The notes beneath the pieces are model-generated. The model searched no databases. It saw only the letters and a list, made by a program, of their open reading frames with translations, and was not told the origin of the DNA. DNA of 24,000 bases from Bacillus vallismortis (GTDB taxonomy: Bacteria; Bacillota; Bacilli; Bacillales; Bacillaceae): assembly GCF_040784915.1 (NCBI RefSeq), contig NZ_CP160797.1:1764137-1788136 (forward strand), read 5' to 3'. A program made the translations under genes and the position numbers. Of the stretch, positions 18,872-24,000 are shown piece after piece. Within the stretch, counting starts at the first letter, position 1. Every line of letters begins with the position of its first letter.

Positions 18872-18883
18872 TGATAACGAACG

Positions 18884-18918
18884 AAAAGAGCTTGTTACCT
18901 GTAACAAGCTCTTTTTTT
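18884..18918 (+). terminator. Intrinsic terminator after rplS
   Basis: Long inverted repeat AAAAGAGCTTGTTAC (18884-18898) / GTAACAAGCTCTTTT (18901-18915), followed by a T-run. Confidence 0.85.
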
Positions 18919-18927
18919 ATACACAAT

Positions 18928-18956
18928 TTGAAAATGCCGGACAGGCATCGTAAAAT
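18928..18956 (+). promoter_or_regulatory. Sigma-A-type promoter of ylqF/rbgA (possibly the whole rbgA-rnhB-ylqG-ylqH unit)
   Basis: TTGAAA (18928-18933), exact 17-nt spacer, TAAAAT (18951-18956). Confidence 0.55.
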
Positions 18957-19014
18957 ACATAAAGGACAACAAAGAATTATGCATACTGAGAGATAAAGGC
19001 GGTGTTCGTGTCAC

Positions 19015-19863
19015 ATGACAATTCAATGGTTCCCGGGCCATATGGCAAAGGCAAGAAGGGAAGTAACCGAAAAATTAAAATTAATCGATATTGTATATGA
19101 ATTGGTAGATGCCAGAATTCCTATGTCATCAAGAAACCCAATGATTGAGGACATTCTAAAAAATAAGCCGAGAATTATGCTGTTAAACAAGGCTGACAAA
19201 GCAGATGCGGCAGTTACGCAGCAATGGAAACAGCACTTTGAGAATCAGGGGATTCGATCTCTGTCCATTAATTCGGTAAACGGACAAGGCTTAAATCAAA
19301 TTGTGCCTGCGTCAAAAGAGATCCTCCAAGAAAAATTTGACCGGATGAGGGCGAAAGGCGTGAAGCCTAGAGCAATTCGCGCTTTGATTATCGGTATTCC
19401 AAACGTCGGAAAATCAACACTTATCAACCGGCTGGCAAAGAAAAACATAGCAAAAACGGGAGACAGACCTGGTATTACGACATCTCAGCAGTGGGTCAAA
19501 GTCGGGAAAGAATTAGAGCTCTTAGACACACCGGGGATTTTATGGCCTAAATTTGAAGACGAGCTTGTTGGCTTAAGGCTGGCAATCACCGGGGCTATTA
19601 AAGACACAATTCTCAATCTGCAGGACGTGGCTGTGTTTGGTCTTCGTTTTCTCGAAGAACATTATCCTGAACGGCTTAAAGAGCGTTACAGCCTTGATGA
19701 GATCCCAGAGGACATTGCAGAGCTGTTTGATGCAATAGGTGAAAAGCGCGGCTGTCTCATGAGCGGAGGGCTTATTAACTACGATAAAACGACTGAAGTC
19801 ATCATTCGCGATATCCGCACTGAAAAGTTCGGCAGGCTGTCATTTGAACAGCCCGCTAAGTAA
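19015..19863 (+). CDS. rbgA: Ribosome biogenesis GTPase A (circularly permuted GTPase, 50S assembly)
   Basis: 282 aa. The G motifs are in permuted order: NKAD (G4, nt 19186-19197), GIPNVGKS (G1, nt 19393-19416) and DTPG (G3, nt 19525-19536). This order is typical of YlqF/RbgA. Confidence 0.95.
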   Translation: MTIQWFPGHMAKARREVTEKLKLIDIVYELVDARIPMSSRNPMIEDILKNKPRIMLLNKADKADAAVTQQWKQHFENQGIRSLSINSVNGQGLNQIVPASKEILQEKFDRMRAKGVKPRAIRALIIGIPNVGKSTLINRLAKKNIAKTGDRPGITTSQQWVKVGKELELLDTPGILWPKFEDELVGLRLAITGAIKDTILNLQDVAVFGLRFLEEHYPERLKERYSLDEIPEDIAELFDAIGEKRGCLMSGGLINYDKTTEVIIRDIRTEKFGRLSFEQPAK

Positions 19864-19864
19864 A

Positions 19865-19895
19865 GGCGCGCAGAAATGCGGGTCTTTATTTTTTC
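19865..19895 (+). terminator. Possible weak terminator or attenuating hairpin between rbgA and rnhB
   Basis: Imperfect stem GGCGCGCA (19865-19872) / TGCGGGTC (19877-19884) with a GAAA loop and one G-G mismatch, followed by TTTATTTTTT. Confidence 0.4.
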
Positions 19896-19933
19896 CTGAC
19901 CGATCCGATACATACAGTAAGGGAGAAGAGAAA

Positions 19934-20701
19934 GTGAATACATTAACCGTAAAGGACATTAAAGACCGTTTGCAGGAAGTGAAGGATGGACAAGACCCAT
20001 TTCTTGCCCAATGCGTAAACGATCCGAGAAAGAGCGTTCAAACGCTTGTAGAGCAATGGCTTAAAAAGCAGGCGAAAGAAAAAGCGCTGAAAGAACAATG
20101 GCTGAATATGACTTCCTATGAAAGGCTGGCAAGAAACAAAGGATTTCGCTTGATCGCAGGTGTTGACGAGGTCGGCCGGGGGCCATTGGCAGGACCTGTT
20201 GTCGCCAGCGCAGTCATTCTTCCGGAGGAATGTGAAATACTTGGGCTGACAGACTCCAAAAAACTTTCAGAAAAAAAGCGTGATGAATATTACGAACTTA
20301 TTATGAAAGAAGCACTGGCGGTCGGAATAGGAATTGTAGAAGCCTCTGTGATTGATGAAATCAATATATATGAGGCTTCAAAGATGGCAATGGTGAAAGC
20401 GATACAGGATTTGCCAGATACACCTGATTATTTGCTTGTTGACGCAATGACACTGCCGCTCGACACGGCTCAGTCCTCAATTATAAAAGGTGATGCCAAA
20501 AGCGTGTCTATTGCGGCAGGTGCGTGTATCGCGAAAGTAACAAGAGACCGGATGATGAGCGCCTATGCCGAAACCTACCCCATGTATGGCTTTGAAAAAA
20601 ATAAAGGCTATGGGACAAAAGAGCATCTTGAAGCTCTCGCTGCATACGGCCCAACTGAATTGCACCGCAAAACTTTCGCTCCTGTTCAATCTATCAGTTA
20701 A
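19934..20701 (+). CDS. rnhB: Ribonuclease HII
   Basis: 255 aa with a GTG start at 19934 (VNTLTVKDIKDRL). RBS AAGGGAGAAG at 19919-19928. Catalytic motif GVDEVGRGPLAGPVV. The track start at 19844 overlaps rbgA and lacks an RBS. Confidence 0.93.
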   Translation: MNTLTVKDIKDRLQEVKDGQDPFLAQCVNDPRKSVQTLVEQWLKKQAKEKALKEQWLNMTSYERLARNKGFRLIAGVDEVGRGPLAGPVVASAVILPEECEILGLTDSKKLSEKKRDEYYELIMKEALAVGIGIVEASVIDEINIYEASKMAMVKAIQDLPDTPDYLLVDAMTLPLDTAQSSIIKGDAKSVSIAAGACIAKVTRDRMMSAYAETYPMYGFEKNKGYGTKEHLEALAAYGPTELHRKTFAPVQSIS

Positions 20702-20730
20702 ATCAATGGACAAGGAGGCACCTCTTGTAA

Positions 20731-22461
20731 ATGAATATACGAAATGATGTGCAAAAGGCGCTGCAGCACCTTTTTAAAAATACAGTAATCCCGAAGGAAT
20801 CAGCAAATGTCAGCGAAGCGCAAAACGGGGAGAAGCGTCTTCTTTTAGGAAAAGTGCTTCGTTTATTAGGAGATCAGCATGCGCTGATCCAAGTCGGCAA
20901 TCAAACTGTCCAGGGAAAACTTGAAACCCAGCTTCGTCCTCAGGCGTACTATTGGTTTTCCTACGAAAAAAAAACGGCAGAACAAACAGGCCGCCTTCAG
21001 GTCGTTCAAAGCTTTAACCAAAATCCCAAAACCATTCAGGAAGCAGCCGGAAAGCTTCTGAATGCCATATCAGTAAAGCCGTCAAACGCTGCTCTAATGA
21101 TGACAGGAGCAATGCTCAAGAGCAAAACACCCGTAACAGAAAATGATATCAAAACAGCTGTCCGCTGGATGGATGCGCTGCCTGCGTCAGACACAAAAAA
21201 AGCGATTGAAACGGTTCTGTTCGCTTTAAAGCGTGAATTACCCATTCACCCCGAGGTTTTGAGCGGTGTTCATGCTGTAAAATCGCCTGTTCCGCTGCAT
21301 CAGCACGTATCTCAACTGCTTCAGGCTATTAACCAAAACCCTCAGCAGAGCCAAATGATGACAAAGCTCAAAGAAGCAATTACAACACTTTTTAATAGCG
21401 AAATCGATGTTCATGCAGAACGTCTGATCGATAAGCTTGTCTCTATAACGGACAATACCAAAGCGCCTTCTTCAGGCAATACAGCCGGAAATAGGGAGCT
21501 TAGCGCACCATCCGGCTCTCTCGAAAAGGCCAGTTTGCCGCCTGTAAACCACACAGCAGAACAGAGAGGCGTACAAGGAGAGCCAGCTAAAACCGCAGCA
21601 GACATTCCAATCAAAGAAGCCCGGCAGTTACTGACAAAGCTGACGGAATCTGCTGAAAAAAACAGTCTTCAAATTGTGAAAGAAGCAGCAAATTGGATGA
21701 AAGCGGCTGCTTCAACGGGTGACAGTAAGTCACCTGCCGCTTCAGCTGTTTTACAGGCTGCACAAGTCACAGATCAGGAAGCCGAAGTCTTTTTAAAGGC
21801 TGTTCAGCATACAGCGCCTAGTTTAGCTGATAAGGCAGATGTTCTTTCTTTCTTAACCAAAGTGAAGATGGCAATCGGCGCAAGGGACGAGCTTGCATTC
21901 ATTAAAGCGTTTGAACAAGGAAGCGCGGTCACCCCTGATGAAATACAATCCATCAAGCTGGCTCTTCAGGCCGCAAGAGGGTCGCATGAGGTAGCCGAAC
22001 CTGTCAAACGGGAAGCCGATCAGCTTTTTCACAAATTAAACGGCCAGCTTTTTATGCAGCAGGACCATCCGTCATACAGCCAAATTGTAATGTCATTTCC
22101 GCTGTTCTCGAAGTCAGGGGTTCAGGATATGACCGTTCTGTTTAAAGGAAAGAAAGAAGCGGATGGGAAGCTGGATCCCTCCCATTGCCGTCTTTTGTTT
22201 TTGCTGCAGTTGGATACGTTAAAAGAAACAGTCGTTGATTGCTTGATACAGCAAAAAGTCATGACCATTACAATTGAGACTGATTTCGATCTTCAGGCTG
22301 CAATCGATCCGATGGTGCCTGCACTTAAACAGGGTCTTATGGAAATGGGGTACAGTCTTTCAGGTGTAAACGCTAAAAAAAGGATTCACACCGAAGAGAA
22401 GGCTGCAATTGATCAATATGTAACTAGCATCAGTGATCAGGAAGTGGATGTGAAAATATGA
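20731..22461 (+). CDS. ylqG: Uncharacterised protein with a FliK-like (hook-length-control, Flg_hook-type) C-terminal domain
   Basis: 576 aa with RBS AAGGAGG at 20712-20718. The central part is rich in Ala/Ser/Pro/Gln/Lys. The C-terminal aa 485-548 (CRLLFLLQLDTLKETVVDCLIQQKVMTITIETDFDLQAAIDPMVPALKQGLMEMGYSLSGVNA) follows the FliK C-terminal pattern L.L.P..LG.V.V......V.I......R..L......L...L...G..L..V.V. The domain call was made by eye. Confidence 0.85.
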   Translation: MNIRNDVQKALQHLFKNTVIPKESANVSEAQNGEKRLLLGKVLRLLGDQHALIQVGNQTVQGKLETQLRPQAYYWFSYEKKTAEQTGRLQVVQSFNQNPKTIQEAAGKLLNAISVKPSNAALMMTGAMLKSKTPVTENDIKTAVRWMDALPASDTKKAIETVLFALKRELPIHPEVLSGVHAVKSPVPLHQHVSQLLQAINQNPQQSQMMTKLKEAITTLFNSEIDVHAERLIDKLVSITDNTKAPSSGNTAGNRELSAPSGSLEKASLPPVNHTAEQRGVQGEPAKTAADIPIKEARQLLTKLTESAEKNSLQIVKEAANWMKAAASTGDSKSPAASAVLQAAQVTDQEAEVFLKAVQHTAPSLADKADVLSFLTKVKMAIGARDELAFIKAFEQGSAVTPDEIQSIKLALQAARGSHEVAEPVKREADQLFHKLNGQLFMQQDHPSYSQIVMSFPLFSKSGVQDMTVLFKGKKEADGKLDPSHCRLLFLLQLDTLKETVVDCLIQQKVMTITIETDFDLQAAIDPMVPALKQGLMEMGYSLSGVNAKKRIHTEEKAAIDQYVTSISDQEVDVKI

Positions 22462-22739
22462 AAGAGCAGACGCCGGTCAGAAAAGCGATGGCTCTCCATT
22501 ATGATGAACGAAAAGACAGGGCGCCGAGAGTGGTTGCGACAGGAAAGGGCCATGTAGCCGACAACATTATCAAAGAAGCGAAAAATGCAGGGGTCCCGAT
22601 TCAAGAAGATCGGACCCTTGTCGAATTAATGCGCCATTTGACTGTGGATGATCAAATCCCGGAAGCTCTTTATGAAACGGTAGCCGAGATTTTTTCGTTC
22701 ATTTACAGATTGGACGAAAGCGTAAAAAACAAAAAATAA
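22458..22739 (+). CDS. ylqH: Stand-alone FlhB C-terminal-domain homologue (EscU/YscU/FlhB family, lacks NPTH)
   Basis: 93 aa. ATGA overlap with ylqG (22458-22461). ALHYDERKDRAPRVVATGKGHVADNIIKEAKNAGVPIQEDRTLVELM...IPEALYETVAEIFSFIYRL matches the FlhB cytoplasmic C-terminal subdomain pattern (A..Y....AP.V.AKG.G..A..I...A....VP......L...L.....IP...Y..VAE). Confidence 0.9.
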   Translation: MKEQTPVRKAMALHYDERKDRAPRVVATGKGHVADNIIKEAKNAGVPIQEDRTLVELMRHLTVDDQIPEALYETVAEIFSFIYRLDESVKNKK

Positions 22740-22833
22740 CGATAATATTCCCCATCCTCTGTTTGAAATTTATGTTTTTAATAAAATAAAAGTTTGAATG
22801 TTAAGAAGGATTTAAAGATTTTGCATCGAACTC

Positions 22834-22863
22834 TAGACAATTCTTCCAGTATTATTATAGAAT
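22834..22863 (+). promoter_or_regulatory. Candidate sigma-A promoter of sucCD
   Basis: TAGACA (22834-22839), 18-nt spacer, TAGAAT (22858-22863). It would leave a leader of about 43 nt before the sucC ATG. Confidence 0.4.
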
Positions 22864-22876
22864 GAAAGCGCAGTCT
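22862..22876 (+). promoter_or_regulatory. Catabolite-responsive element (cre, CcpA site) overlapping the sucC promoter and start site
   Basis: ATGAAAGCGCAGTCT satisfies every defined position of the degenerate cre consensus WTGNAANCGNWNNCW. Its position at the -10 box and +1 is typical of CcpA repression. Confidence 0.5.
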
Positions 22877-22912
22877 ATTTTAGTTTTGTTACATAAGTTA
22901 GGAGGATGGGAA

Positions 22913-24000
<1,088 letters not shown>

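Overview
This window reads as a core, fully syntenic chromosomal block of the Bacillus subtilis group. Protein sequences are near-identical in length and content to strain 168 genes but not identical, so it is probably a close relative. There are 26 protein-coding genes, 25 on the + strand and one (ylqB) on the - strand. Gene order: yloV (3' end), sdaAB, sdaAA, recG, fapR-plsX-fabD-fabG-acpA (fatty-acid/phospholipid operon), rnc-smc-ftsY, ylqB (-), ylxM-ffh (SRP), rpsP-ylqC-ylqD-rimM-trmD-rplS (ribosome maturation), ylqF/rbgA-rnhB-ylqG-ylqH, sucC (5' part). I corrected several ORF-track starts (fapR, plsX, fabG, rnc, rimM, rplS, rnhB) using RBS position and known protein N-termini. sucC is absent from the track because it runs off the window end. 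Readable regulatory elements are sigma-A-type promoters, the FapR operator, an L19-leader-type 5' UTR, a cre box at sucC and several intrinsic terminators. I found no tRNA, rRNA, CRISPR array, IS or phage remnant, or inserted accessory island, and I do not claim a new defence-type system. The least understood and most interesting part is the translationally coupled ylqG-ylqH pair. It looks like a stand-alone FliK-like ruler plus an FlhB-C-terminal-like protein lacking the NPTH autocleavage motif. Secondary curiosities are ylqB, ylxM and ylqD. All calls rest on reading the sequence and on recalled family knowledge; no searches were run.
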